A program made the position numbers and the translations under genes. Below, piece by piece: positions 1 to 9,640 of a stretch of 64,000 nucleotides of DNA; the first letter of the stretch is position 1; each line of letters begins with the position of its first letter. Below the pieces are notes generated by a model. The model searched no databases. It worked only from the letters and a program-made list of their open reading frames with translations, and was not told where the DNA came from. This DNA is from Bacilli bacterium (lineage in GTDB: Bacteria; Bacillota_I; Bacilli_A; RF39; UBA660), in assembly GCA_045627525.1 (NCBI GenBank), contig JAZQNW010000001.1:120270-184269 (forward strand). Reading direction: 5' to 3'.

Positions 1-67
1 ATTATTGATGTTATAAAGACACGCTTTTTTTGATCTGATTTAATCTTATTAACCATAACTACAACTC

Positions 68-1063
68 CTATTCTTCTATATACTTTTTCAAAATATCTGT
101 AACCACTTCATATCCATCATTAGATAAATGTAATCCCTCAACAGTATAATCCAAATCTAAATTACCATCATCATCTAACAAATTGTTATAAACATCAATA
201 TATACTGTATCTTCTTCACTAGCTAATTTTTCTAATTTCTTATTGATTTTCATTATTTTTGAATTAGATCTTTTAGTATCAACAACACTCATATCAATTT
301 TATCATCATCAGTATTATTTATTGGTAAAATTGATTCTAAATAAATCTTACAATAAGGTCTATTCTCTTTTATATTATCTACTATCTTTTTTATATTCTC
401 AACAGTATCATCCATTTCTATATCTTTAACAAAATCATTAGTACCAATTAATATAAAAACTTTAGATGGATTATATTTATATACTCTATTATTCATATTA
501 TTAAGAATATCCTCAGTAGTATTGCCACACACCCCACTATTAACAACAGGGAAATCTTTATAATACTTTTCTAAATCATAAAACTCTGTAATTGAATCTC
601 CTAAAAATAAATAATTATTATCTACTTTAGTATCTTCTACAATTTTAGTTTTAGTGATAACTTTTCCACAGCTTTTATGATCAAAAGTTATGTAATGATA
701 AACAATAAAACTTCCCAATGAAATAACACATAAAACTAAAAATAAAATCCACAAATAAAACTTAATATATGGTCTTTCTTTTTTTGGCATTTCAACTTTT
801 TCATATTTCATTTTTTTTGTTTTTACCGGTTTATATTTATCCATAAAACTAGTATCTAAATTAATAGTAGCATCTAAATCAATTTCTTCACCTTTTTTAT
901 CTTTTACATCAGCTCTACTATATTTACTATCTACTTTAGTCTTTGAAATATATTTATTATTGTTAGAAACATATTTTTTTGAGCTATTATTTTTTTTAGT
1001 ATTTTTATTATTATTTTTTTGTACATTATTTTTATTAGTGCTTTTACTATTTTTATTAGCCAT
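68..1063 (-). CDS. Membrane-anchored SGNH/GDSL-family hydrolase (lipase/esterase-like). The N-terminus is Lys/Asn-rich low-complexity followed by one TM helix.
   Basis: GDS block (YLFLGDSITEF) and GTND block (VFILIGTNDF) fit the SGNH hydrolase fold. A hydrophobic stretch (LWILFLVLCVISLGSFIVY) follows the charged N-terminal tail. Confidence 0.55.
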   Translation of the reverse strand: MANKNSKSTNKNNVQKNNNKNTKKNNSSKKYVSNNNKYISKTKVDSKYSRADVKDKKGEEIDLDATINLDTSFMDKYKPVKTKKMKYEKVEMPKKERPYIKFYLWILFLVLCVISLGSFIVYHYITFDHKSCGKVITKTKIVEDTKVDNNYLFLGDSITEFYDLEKYYKDFPVVNSGVCGNTTEDILNNMNNRVYKYNPSKVFILIGTNDFVKDIEMDDTVENIKKIVDNIKENRPYCKIYLESILPINNTDDDKIDMSVVDTKRSNSKIMKINKKLEKLASEEDTVYIDVYNNLLDDDGNLDLDYTVEGLHLSNDGYEVVTDILKKYIEE

Positions 1064-1124
1064 AACTATACCTCTCTCACTATGAATAATTATATCATAT
1101 TAATCATAAAAAAAAGAGAAATTT

Positions 1125-2273
1125 TTATATTTCTCCTAAAATTAAATCTTTAAATCCACCAATGAACAAATCATAATAACTTAACGGTCTTACATTCTTA
1201 TCTATAATTAAATTTTTACTAGTAACTTCTTTTTCATTATCTAAAACTAATATTTTACCAACTACATTACCTTTTTTTATTGGCAATTTTAAATTATCTA
1301 TTTTTATTTCATACTTATAACTATGTCTAGAATCATCTATATTCTCAGCAACCACTAAATTTTCTTCTAAAATAATTTTAATTTTTTCTTGATTGGCTTT
1401 ATCCAATTTTATTTCTTTTATTATTTCTCCCTTCTTTTTCAATATATTTGTTCTCATATTATTAAAACCATAATCCATTAAATTCATAGCCTGAACATTT
1501 CTGACTTGACTGTTTTCCTCACCTAAAACTATTCCAATTAATCTTAAATTATTTTTTTTTGCTGTAACGGCAATACAATATCCAGCAGCATCGGTATGTC
1601 CCGTTTTTAATCCATCTGCCCCTTCATAAAATCTAACTAGTTTATTTGTGTTAACTAGCCAAAACTTATTATCAGTATTTTCTCGTAAATAGTCTTCATA
1701 AAGTGATGAAAAATCTAATATTTTAGGATGATTAATTACCAACTCTCTAGCAATAATAGCCATATCATAAGCTGTAGAATAATGATTATTTTCATCAAAA
1801 CCAGTACAATTTTTAAACTTTGTATTTTTAAGTCCCAATTCCTGGACTTTTTGATTCATTAATTTTACAAACTTTTCCTCACTACCACTAATATATTCAG
1901 CCATAGCTACAGTAGCATCATTACCACTAGCCATAGAAATACCTTTCATTAAATCTTCAACTGTTATTTTTTCACCTTGACTAATATATATTTGTGATCC
2001 TCCCATATCAGCAGCATTTTTACTAACTGTAACTACATCATTCCATTTTAGTTTACCCTCTTCAATTTTTTCTAAAATTATTATTTGAGCAACCATTTTA
2101 GTCATAGATGCAATAGCGACTCTCTTATTTTCGTTTTTCTTAAATAAAATTTTACCACTTTCAGCTTCAATTAAAATACCACTTACAGCATTACTTATAG
2201 GATCTTCCTTTGCTAATACGCCTATAGGTAAAATAAACAAAGAAATTATTAAAATCTTACATAAAAATTTCAT
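1125..2273 (-). CDS. D-alanyl-D-alanine carboxypeptidase (low-MW PBP, PBP5/DacA/DacF family) with a signal peptide
   Basis: SxxK active-site motif (ASMTKM), SGN motif (MASGNDA) and KTG motif (GLKTGHT) are present, with an N-terminal signal peptide. Confidence 0.85.
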   Translation of the reverse strand: MKFLCKILIISLFILPIGVLAKEDPISNAVSGILIEAESGKILFKKNENKRVAIASMTKMVAQIIILEKIEEGKLKWNDVVTVSKNAADMGGSQIYISQGEKITVEDLMKGISMASGNDATVAMAEYISGSEEKFVKLMNQKVQELGLKNTKFKNCTGFDENNHYSTAYDMAIIARELVINHPKILDFSSLYEDYLRENTDNKFWLVNTNKLVRFYEGADGLKTGHTDAAGYCIAVTAKKNNLRLIGIVLGEENSQVRNVQAMNLMDYGFNNMRTNILKKKGEIIKEIKLDKANQEKIKIILEENLVVAENIDDSRHSYKYEIKIDNLKLPIKKGNVVGKILVLDNEKEVTSKNLIIDKNVRPLSYYDLFIGGFKDLILGEI

Positions 2274-2360
2274 GTATACCTCCTACAATTTTTTATGTAA
2301 AATAATATAAAATTATACATAAATAATACATTTAATGCTATTATATAATTAGGTGATAGT

Positions 2361-3269
2361 ATGGCCGTTGTAAGAAAAAAAAGATTAAAATTAAAAAAGA
2401 AAAACTTTGCAATATTTCTTTTTTGTATTTTTCTAATAATAACAAGTCTCAATTGGGGAATAAAATCTATAACAAAAACCCTAAATAAAAGCAATCAAAA
2501 GAAAGAAACAATAGTAAAAAAAGAAAAACCAGTAAAGAAAAAAGTAGATTCTTTTGAAGAAGAATATAAAAAAGTTGGATATTATAAAGAAGAAAATCTA
2601 GAAAGATATAAAAAATATAAAACTAAATATCCTAATTTAACAACTGAACAAGTAATCACAAATATTAATATTGGATTAGATAATAAATATTATACTAATA
2701 CAAAAGAAGCTAAACACTTAAATAAAAGCTACATATTAGTAAATAAATATAACTATTTAGAAAAAAACTATGTACCAGATAATTTAGAAAAAATAAGTAC
2801 TCAATATGCATTAGCCGGTATGAGATTAATTAGCTATGCAAAAAATGCATTTGAAAATATGGCAAAATCTGCTCAAAAAGAAAACCTTTCAATTATAGCT
2901 ATGTCTAGTTATAGAAGCTATGAATATCAAACAAATTTATATAATAGCTATGTAAAAAGTGATGGCAAAGAAAAGGCAGACACCTATTCTGGAAGACCAG
3001 GATTTTCAGAACATCAAACGGGTTTAGCAGTTGATGTCTATAACGGAAAAGAAAATTACACAAACTTTGGTAATACAAAAGAATTTGAATGGATGAAAAA
3101 AAATGCCTATAAATATGGCTTTATTTTAAGATATCCAAAAGGTAAAGAATTAGAAACAGGATATGAATACGAAACTTGGCACTACAGATATGTTGGCAAA
3201 GAAATTGCTAAATATATTTATGAAAATAATATATCCTATGAAGAATATTATATTAAAAACTTCAAATAA
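2361..3269 (+). CDS. VanY-like D-Ala-D-Ala carboxypeptidase (peptidase M15B), membrane anchored
   Basis: Zn-binding motifs SEHQTGLAVD and ETWHYRYVG are present, with an N-terminal TM segment and the RBS aggtga upstream of the ATG. Confidence 0.8.
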   Translation: MAVVRKKRLKLKKKNFAIFLFCIFLIITSLNWGIKSITKTLNKSNQKKETIVKKEKPVKKKVDSFEEEYKKVGYYKEENLERYKKYKTKYPNLTTEQVITNINIGLDNKYYTNTKEAKHLNKSYILVNKYNYLEKNYVPDNLEKISTQYALAGMRLISYAKNAFENMAKSAQKENLSIIAMSSYRSYEYQTNLYNSYVKSDGKEKADTYSGRPGFSEHQTGLAVDVYNGKENYTNFGNTKEFEWMKKNAYKYGFILRYPKGKELETGYEYETWHYRYVGKEIAKYIYENNISYEEYYIKNFK

Positions 3270-3295
3270 AAAAATTGGAATAAATCCAATTTTTT

Positions 3296-3868
3296 TTAAT
3301 CATAATTTCTCTTAAAAAACTTATATAATCTACAAAAAGCTGTAAATACTAACCATATTACAAAAATTAAATTACTAATTTGAACTAATGATAAAACTAC
3401 ATTATTAGTATATAAGCTAACTAAATCAGTTAAATCAAGTTTATTAATAATAACTACACCTAAAAAACTAAAGAAGAAAAAATACAATAAAGAAAATGTT
3501 ACATAATTAATAACCTTTTTAAATACTGGTATATTTTTACTTACAATTGTAACAATCATTGAAACTATTACAAATAATAATATAAAAAAGTAAACTACAG
3601 GTGAAGGAAAATATATATAATTCAAAACTAACTTTACTAGACTATCAATACAATAGACAGCATATGTACCATTGGTAAGTATCAATACCAACAAAAAAAT
3701 TAAAAATAAAAACGAAATAGCCGAATTAACAACTTTATTTTTATACCTAATATTTAGTATTAAAAACAAACAAAAAAGAAGTGCTAACATGAATAATTCA
3801 ATCTCGAGAAAAGACGAAAAGGAATATTTCAATATTATAGTCAACTTTTCCCAAAGTGATAAAAACAT
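3296..3868 (-). CDS. Hypothetical polytopic membrane protein
   Basis: Several hydrophobic segments are present. I recognise no catalytic motif. Confidence 0.35.
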   Translation of the reverse strand: MFLSLWEKLTIILKYSFSSFLEIELFMLALLFCLFLILNIRYKNKVVNSAISFLFLIFLLVLILTNGTYAVYCIDSLVKLVLNYIYFPSPVVYFFILLFVIVSMIVTIVSKNIPVFKKVINYVTFSLLYFFFFSFLGVVIINKLDLTDLVSLYTNNVVLSLVQISNLIFVIWLVFTAFCRLYKFFKRNYD

Positions 3869-3885
3869 ATGAGCACCTCCAATTA

Positions 3886-4587
3886 CTAAATCATTTCAGA
3901 AATATAAACTGTCTGATGATAGTCATCATTTTTTGTACAAGTAATTAAAGTTAGCGTTGTTTTTTCGTAGTTTCTAGCTATTTTTACAGTCCCTACTTTA
4001 TCAACATTATATTTGTTTACTAATTTATATTGATACTTATTACCACCATAAGTAACAAAAATATCATCACCTATATTTAATTTATATAAATAAGCAAAAA
4101 ACGAAATATAAGCATCACCAGAATGTGCAATTAAAATTAAATTTCCATTTACAACATCTGGCATTGTAGACCCACTAACCAAAGTCACATTGTACTGAAT
4201 ATTATTGTACTTTGAATCAAGACCGTAGAACCCTCTTTTTAATCCTATTTTTGGTATTTCTAATACTCCTAAATATTTATCATAATTAATAGTATATGTT
4301 TGTGCCGGTTCAGAAGGTTGAGGAGATTCCACTACATCATTAGCAACAGGAACCTCTTCAATTACTTCTTCTTTTTCTTCGACCGGTTCTTTAGTAGCAT
4401 CAGAAATTAATATTTGCATATCTGAAAACACAGAATTACGTAACATCAATAAATGATTACCAGTCAAAACAAAAACACCCACAAATACAAGCAAAGAGCC
4501 AAATAATAATATATGACTCTTTTTAATTTTATTTTTTTTAATTAGTTGCTTTTGGTTTAGCATTTGCATAAATAATACCAACACCAC
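3886..4587 (-). CDS. Sortase (class B/pilus-type-like cysteine transpeptidase)
   Basis: An N-terminal TM anchor is followed by a catalytic His region (LILIAHSG) and the TLITC cysteine motif (TLTLITCT). It lies immediately downstream of a VPDTG-motif surface protein. Confidence 0.8.
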   Translation of the reverse strand: MVLVLFMQMLNQKQLIKKNKIKKSHILLFGSLLVFVGVFVLTGNHLLMLRNSVFSDMQILISDATKEPVEEKEEVIEEVPVANDVVESPQPSEPAQTYTINYDKYLGVLEIPKIGLKRGFYGLDSKYNNIQYNVTLVSGSTMPDVVNGNLILIAHSGDAYISFFAYLYKLNIGDDIFVTYGGNKYQYKLVNKYNVDKVGTVKIARNYEKTTLTLITCTKNDDYHQTVYISEMI

Positions 4588-5758
4588 TTAATAGAACTAT
4601 TAGACCAATAAAGTAAACTGTTTGAGCAGTTGACATACCTGTATCAGGCACTTTTAAAACAAACTCATTTGTATCTTCAACATTTGAAGTAGTAATAAAT
4701 ACATTTGTAACTGTTTGAGCTTTTATATCAGTAGTACCAGTAGTATCTTTATATGTTCCTTCAAATTTATATCCAGAATAAGTCTTTACTCCATTTGCAA
4801 CTGCTGTAAATTTAACAGCATTAGCTTTATCAGTAACAGAAGATACAGGAATTCTTATATAAAATTTAACATTTGGTTGAATATTGTTTAAATTTTCAAT
4901 TTTATTACCATTTTCATCAACAACATATGCACCCTTTGGGGCAGTAGTTAATTTAAGACTATATGAATCAAATGGATTATTAGCTGTAACACTAATTAAT
5001 GAAGTTTGATAGTATTTTTGATCTTCACTAATATTAACAGTATTATCAAAGTTAATTCCAAATTTAACTTTATCAATACCTTTAGCAGTAACATCAGATG
5101 AAACTTTCTTAGCAGCTGTCACTACAGGTTTAATATAATTTTCATATAAATTAACATTTTGTTTTATTGGTTCACCTTCACTATCAGCAATACCATTAAC
5201 TTTCATTACATCAGCTTCATTTACTTGCCCTAAATAAAGCCAAACAGCAATTTGAGAAAGCCATGTTTGAAGTTCTTCATCTGATTCAGTAAGACCATCA
5301 AAATTTTTATTTGGATAAATATTAGCCATTAAATACAATAAACCATAACCTTCAGGTCCAGTTATCTCAGTTGTACGAGACAATTCAACATTAGCAGCAT
5401 ATCCACGATCATGCTCTAAACAAAATATATGGTATGGATCTGTGCCACTAGCAGGATTTGTTATTACTGCTGAATAAGGATAAACTCTTAAAGGACTATT
5501 AGTAACTGGTGTACCATTTACTAGAGGAATTATAGTATCACCTGCTTCTTGAGTTCTAATCTTCATAGTATTTGAAGGAAATACCTTTGTCGGATTTACT
5601 TCCTCAGCAAAAGATGTTTGATCCAAACCAATAACAACTAATGACAATACGGCAACAAATACTAACGTTACTGAAGCCATTGCTATTTTTGAATTTGAAA
5701 TTTTTTGAAATAAATTTTGTTTTTTATTATTATGTTCTTCCATATAAATTTTTTCCAT
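4538..5758 (-). CDS. Cell-wall-anchored surface adhesin with a thioester domain (Cpa/TED-like), sorting signal VPDTG plus TM plus charged tail
   Basis: The C-terminus reads VPDTG, then a hydrophobic helix, then KPKATN. A signal peptide is present. The candidate thioester Cys is in HIFCLEHDRG and the Gln in the TQxA(I/V)W-like motif SQIAVW. The start is probably the internal ATG (MEKIY...) with RBS aggtagg. Confidence 0.7.
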   Translation of the reverse strand: MEKIYMEEHNNKKQNLFQKISNSKIAMASVTLVFVAVLSLVVIGLDQTSFAEEVNPTKVFPSNTMKIRTQEAGDTIIPLVNGTPVTNSPLRVYPYSAVITNPASGTDPYHIFCLEHDRGYAANVELSRTTEITGPEGYGLLYLMANIYPNKNFDGLTESDEELQTWLSQIAVWLYLGQVNEADVMKVNGIADSEGEPIKQNVNLYENYIKPVVTAAKKVSSDVTAKGIDKVKFGINFDNTVNISEDQKYYQTSLISVTANNPFDSYSLKLTTAPKGAYVVDENGNKIENLNNIQPNVKFYIRIPVSSVTDKANAVKFTAVANGVKTYSGYKFEGTYKDTTGTTDIKAQTVTNVFITTSNVEDTNEFVLKVPDTGMSTAQTVYFIGLIVLLSGVGIIYANAKPKATN

Positions 5759-5818
5759 ATCATAACCTACCTTTACAAAATCATTATAACACAAATTATT
5801 TATTTTAAAACACTTTTT

Positions 5819-7045
5819 TTATTTTATTGTATAAATATTTTCAAAATTCTTTACGCCAGTTTTTCCATCTTTATAAATATAAGCTAAAATATCACCTTTT
5901 TTAACTTTATCACCAACTAATTTTTCAAGATAAATTCCTACACTATAATCAATAGAATCTTCCTTATTAATTCTTCCTGCCCCAAGTGACACTGATAATT
6001 TTCCTAACTCTAAAGCATCTATATTTTTTACAATTCCATCCTTAGTAGCCTTTATTTTATGAACTTTATCACAAACTTTAATTTTTTGAATATCACCATG
6101 TTGACAATTAACAAATTCTAAAAATTTATTATATGCAGATAAATTATCAATACTCTCAATTACCTGCTTTCTAGCAGCAAGTGGCGTTATTTTTTTACCC
6201 ATACTAACCATCTCTGAAGCAAGTTCTATACACAAATTATATAAATTAGAATGTTTTTCTTCACCCTTTAATATACTAATTGCTTCAACAACTTCAATTG
6301 AATTACCTATTGCTCTACCCAAAGGAACATTCATATCACTAATTATAGTTCTAACCTCACGATTATAAAATTTACCAATCTTTATCATCAACTTGCTTAA
6401 TTTTTTAGCATCTTCTTCCGTTTGTAATAATGCACCTTTTCCAACCTTAATATCAATTAATATTTTATCTGCACCTGATGCTATTTTTTTACTCATTATA
6501 CTGGAAGCAATTAAAGGAATAGAAGAAACTGTACCAGTTACATCTCGTAATGCATAAATTGCTTTATCCATAGGAGCTAAATCAGCAGTTTGTCCAGTAA
6601 CAACCATTCCAATTTTCTTTACTTGTTTTAAAACTTCCTTATCTGTTAAATCTATTTTAAATCCAGGAATACTTTCCAATTTATCAATTGTACCACCTGT
6701 ATATCCTAATCCTCTTCCACTCATTTTAACAACAGGAACTCCTAAACTAGCAACAATAGGAGCAATAATTAAAGTAGTTTTATCACCAACACCACCAGTA
6801 GAATGTTTATCTACTTTAATTCCTGGAATATCTGAAAAATCTAATATATCACCACTATCTATAAAAATCTTAGTAAGAGCATATATTTCTTCATTAGTCA
6901 TTCCATTTATACATATTGCCATTAACAAAGACGACATCTGATAATCCGTTACATTACCATCTAAATATCCATTAAAGAAAAAATCAAGTTCCTTATAATC
7001 AAGTTCTTTTCCTAATCTTTTTTTATTAATAATATCAACTATCAT
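5819..7045 (-). CDS. pdp: Pyrimidine-nucleoside (thymidine) phosphorylase
   Basis: Glycosyl-transferase family-3 motifs are present (HSTGGVGDKTTL and the phosphate-binding region), and the length is typical for Pdp/DeoA. Confidence 0.9.
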   Translation of the reverse strand: MIVDIINKKRLGKELDYKELDFFFNGYLDGNVTDYQMSSLLMAICINGMTNEEIYALTKIFIDSGDILDFSDIPGIKVDKHSTGGVGDKTTLIIAPIVASLGVPVVKMSGRGLGYTGGTIDKLESIPGFKIDLTDKEVLKQVKKIGMVVTGQTADLAPMDKAIYALRDVTGTVSSIPLIASSIMSKKIASGADKILIDIKVGKGALLQTEEDAKKLSKLMIKIGKFYNREVRTIISDMNVPLGRAIGNSIEVVEAISILKGEEKHSNLYNLCIELASEMVSMGKKITPLAARKQVIESIDNLSAYNKFLEFVNCQHGDIQKIKVCDKVHKIKATKDGIVKNIDALELGKLSVSLGAGRINKEDSIDYSVGIYLEKLVGDKVKKGDILAYIYKDGKTGVKNFENIYTIK

Positions 7046-7452
7046 TCCAACACCTTCCTATATATATCTGAATCTCTCATAACAAATCCACAAGATTCAT
7101 ATAAATGATGAGCCACTACGCGTTGCCTTCCAGACGTAAGTTCTAAATACATTGCATTCTCCTTTAAAGCCTCTTCTTCCGCATACATCATCATCTTTTT
7201 GCCTATTCCTTTATTCTGATATTTTGGATCAACGCAAACATAACCAACATTAAAATAATATTTACCCCGAACCACATCTAAAATCTTAGTCATAACAAAG
7301 TATCCACAGATTTTATCATTATAAATTGCAACATATTCAGAGCAATTATCATCTGGAACACAATTGACTTTACCATATCCAAAAACTGATTCTAAAATAT
7401 TATTAACAGCAAAATAATCAGTTATGTCATATTTTCTAATCATAGCATCCAT
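7042..7452 (-). CDS. GNAT-family N-acetyltransferase
   Basis: The acetyl-CoA binding motif (QNKGIGKKMM) is present. The gene is translationally coupled to pdp through a 4-nt overlap. Confidence 0.7.
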   Translation of the reverse strand: MDAMIRKYDITDYFAVNNILESVFGYGKVNCVPDDNCSEYVAIYNDKICGYFVMTKILDVVRGKYYFNVGYVCVDPKYQNKGIGKKMMMYAEEEALKENAMYLELTSGRQRVVAHHLYESCGFVMRDSDIYRKVLE

Positions 7453-7485
7453 ATTATCACCTTACATAAAATATACCACAAGAAC

Positions 7486-7518
7486 AAAAAAAATACTAGC
7501 TAACTAGTATTTTTATTT
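7486..7518 (-). terminator. Rho-independent terminator after the 7528..8055 gene
   Basis: Hairpin atactag-ctaa-ctagtat followed by a T-run on the minus strand. Confidence 0.6.
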
Positions 7519-7527
7519 ACCATATTT

Positions 7528-8055
7528 TTATGATACTTTTCCATTATCATAAGCTTTATACTTTTTAATAGCAATAATAGCGGAAGCCATTTCTAAAATA
7601 TTACCTATAACTATAATATAAGCTCCAACATATACATTATATATGCCCCATAAGAATCCACTAATTAACATAACCCATCTAATATATTTTGGATTTTTAT
7701 AATAAGTAGATACAAATAACAATATGTTAATAACAAGAGGCAATAATGATAAAACACCATCATAAAAAATAACAGAAACAAAAATCAACAACATGATAAA
7801 TATAATAAGTACAATTACTGGTATTTTTTTCTTCTTATTTTCAATATTTATAAAAACAAAATCTTTTACTTCTTCTAATACTTCTATTGACACTCCAGAC
7901 CAAGCACCCTTAATCACATATACAATTAAGTAACATATTGAAGCAAATATTTGAGTTATCAAAATATCTTTTTTCTTTTTAAACTGTACACTCATAACAT
8001 ATAAAAATATAGATGCTATAGATACAACATAATAAAGTATTGTTATAAAATTCAT
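7528..8055 (-). CDS. Hypothetical integral membrane protein (about 5 TM)
   Basis: Hydrophobicity pattern only. Confidence 0.4.
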   Translation of the reverse strand: MNFITILYYVVSIASIFLYVMSVQFKKKKDILITQIFASICYLIVYVIKGAWSGVSIEVLEEVKDFVFINIENKKKKIPVIVLIIFIMLLIFVSVIFYDGVLSLLPLVINILLFVSTYYKNPKYIRWVMLISGFLWGIYNVYVGAYIIVIGNILEMASAIIAIKKYKAYDNGKVS

Positions 8056-8273
8056 AATAATTCACCCAAATCTATTCTTTAAAATACTAAAATAATTATA
8101 CCACATTCCTAAACTAATTGCATAAATTTTCTTTTTTACCCGGTTCTTTTAATCCCAAATATTTATAAATTCCTGTTCTAGCATATATATCACCAAAATC
8201 ATTATAACATAAAAAAATCTATAAATACTTTGTACTTGTAACATCACAATTATATATACAGTTAATTCAACAA

Positions 8274-8302
8274 TAAAAGCAGATTACTCATCTGCTTTCT
8301 TG
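8274..8302 (-). terminator. Rho-independent terminator closing the XRE-to-SSB-like operon and the ssb remnant
   Basis: Hairpin aaagcagat-tactc-atctgcttt. It spans the stop codon of the ssb C-terminal remnant and is followed by T-rich sequence on the minus strand. Confidence 0.6.
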
Positions 8303-8409
8303 CTACTTAAAAATGTTATTTTTTCAGCAATTATATCAATTGAATATTTCTTTTCACCATTAATTTCATGACAATTTGATTGAACTCTTCCTTTAACTCC
8401 AACTAATGG
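8284..8409 (-). pseudogene. ssb: C-terminal remnant of a disrupted ssbB-like single-strand DNA-binding protein gene
   Basis: The minus-strand translation ...PLVGVKGRVQSNCHEINGEKKYSIDIIAEKITFLSSKKADE* aligns to the beta4-beta5 and C-terminal part of canonical SSB (GVDGRLQTRNYE...VTEV.AESVQFL). It has no start codon of its own. It lies in a different frame from the upstream 99-aa ORF. Confidence 0.65.
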
Positions 8410-8431
8410 TTTTTGATAATACAAAAATACA

Positions 8432-8731
8432 CTAAATTTTAAATAAAATATTGTTGTCTAGTTTAGAAACATAAGAGTCAACTATAATTTTAAATCCCCA
8501 TTTAGTATCAATGTGACCACTAATTGCGATACTTTCGTTTTTACATTTTTTTAAATGTTCATAGTCAGGGTTTTCAAATATTACTGGAATATTATATTTA
8601 ATGTTTTGATCATTATCAGATTCTACATTAATAATCATTTTTACTGCTTTATTATTATTCGACTTTATTTTTATCATATTTGATTTTACTCTTCCAATTA
8701 ATAAAACCTCATTATTCAAAGTATTTTTCAT
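8432..8731 (-). CDS. Minimal SSB-like OB-fold protein (divergent, no acidic C-terminal tail), last gene of the inserted operon
   Basis: The N-terminus (NEVLLIGRVKSNMIKIK...AVKMIINVE) resembles the SSB beta1-beta3 region, and the later segment (ISGHIDTKWGFKIIVDSYVSKL) resembles beta4-beta5. A strong RBS (ggaggaa) precedes the ATG. It starts 24 nt after the zinc-ribbon nuclease gene. Confidence 0.5.
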   Translation of the reverse strand: MKNTLNNEVLLIGRVKSNMIKIKSNNNKAVKMIINVESDNDQNIKYNIPVIFENPDYEHLKKCKNESIAISGHIDTKWGFKIIVDSYVSKLDNNILFKI

Positions 8732-8754
8732 TTCCTCCTCACCCCCTATTATAA

Positions 8755-9640
8755 TTATTTACAATATGGACAATTAGTACCTCGTACTCTATATCTTATT
8801 TCAGCTTCCCATTCATGTCCTTTATCACATTTCCACCATACTTTTTTATGTGATCCATTGGTAAACATTTGAGGAATCATTGTTTTATTTTTTTCATAAT
8901 TCCATTCTTTACATAAACTATAATTTGTTGTCATTAAATCGTTGTAACCAACTAATACTTTTTTGTTATTACAATATGGGCAATTAGTCCCACTTATTCT
9001 ATTATAAATAGTTGCTTCCCATTCATGTCCTTTACCACATTTCCACCATACTTTTTTTCCTGAACCACTTTTTAAATCAGTTGGTTTAAGGTTATTATTC
9101 TTCTCATAATTCCATTCTTTCAGTAACAAAGGATTTGTCGTTGCTAAATCATTAATACCTTTTATAGCAGATCTTCCTGAACAATATGGACAACTATTTC
9201 CGTGTGTTCTAGAGTTTATTGTTGCTTCCCATTCATGTCCTTTATTACATTTCCACCATACTTTAAAATTAGACGATTTAGTATAATTTTCTGGATTTTG
9301 ACTATTTTTTTCATAATTCCATTCTTCAATTAACTTAGCATTAGTTGTTCTCAAATCATTAAAACCAAATAGTACTTTTTTACCAGCGCAGTATGGACAA
9401 CCACTTCCTCTTGTCCTTGAAGATACAGTAGCTTCCCATTCATGCTTTTTATCACATTTCCACCAAACCTTAATATCAGATCCAGAATAAATACTCTCAG
9501 GCTTCAAATCTTTATTCTTTTCGTAATTCCATTCTTCTTTTAAATATGAATATTCAACTGCTACAGATTTTTTTTCTAATGCTAACATATAACTTGCTCT
9601 TATATTACTTTCCTCATTGTCTAAATCAAATTTTTTAGTT
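8755..9640. repeat. Intragenic tandem DNA repeats, about 207-210 bp period and 4-5 copies, encoding the zinc-ribbon modules
   Basis: The motif gcttcccattcatgtcctttatcacatttccaccatac recurs near 8804, 9014, 9224 and 9431. This matches the roughly 69-aa protein repeat (EWNYEKN...KVWWKC.KGHEWEA...CPYC). Confidence 0.7.

Noticed and set aside
2270-2494. 74-aa ORF on minus strand overlapping the dacA-vanY intergenic/promoter region
   Set aside because: Low-complexity Phe/Ile/Asn-rich translation with no RBS. It overlaps the 5' end of the plus-strand VanY-like gene. It is an AT-rich frame artefact.
8755-9640. Possible CRISPR-like periodic repeats
   Set aside because: The roughly 207-bp periodicity lies entirely within one long ORF and encodes repeated zinc-ribbon protein modules. 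There are no short direct repeats with unique spacers and no cas genes in the window.
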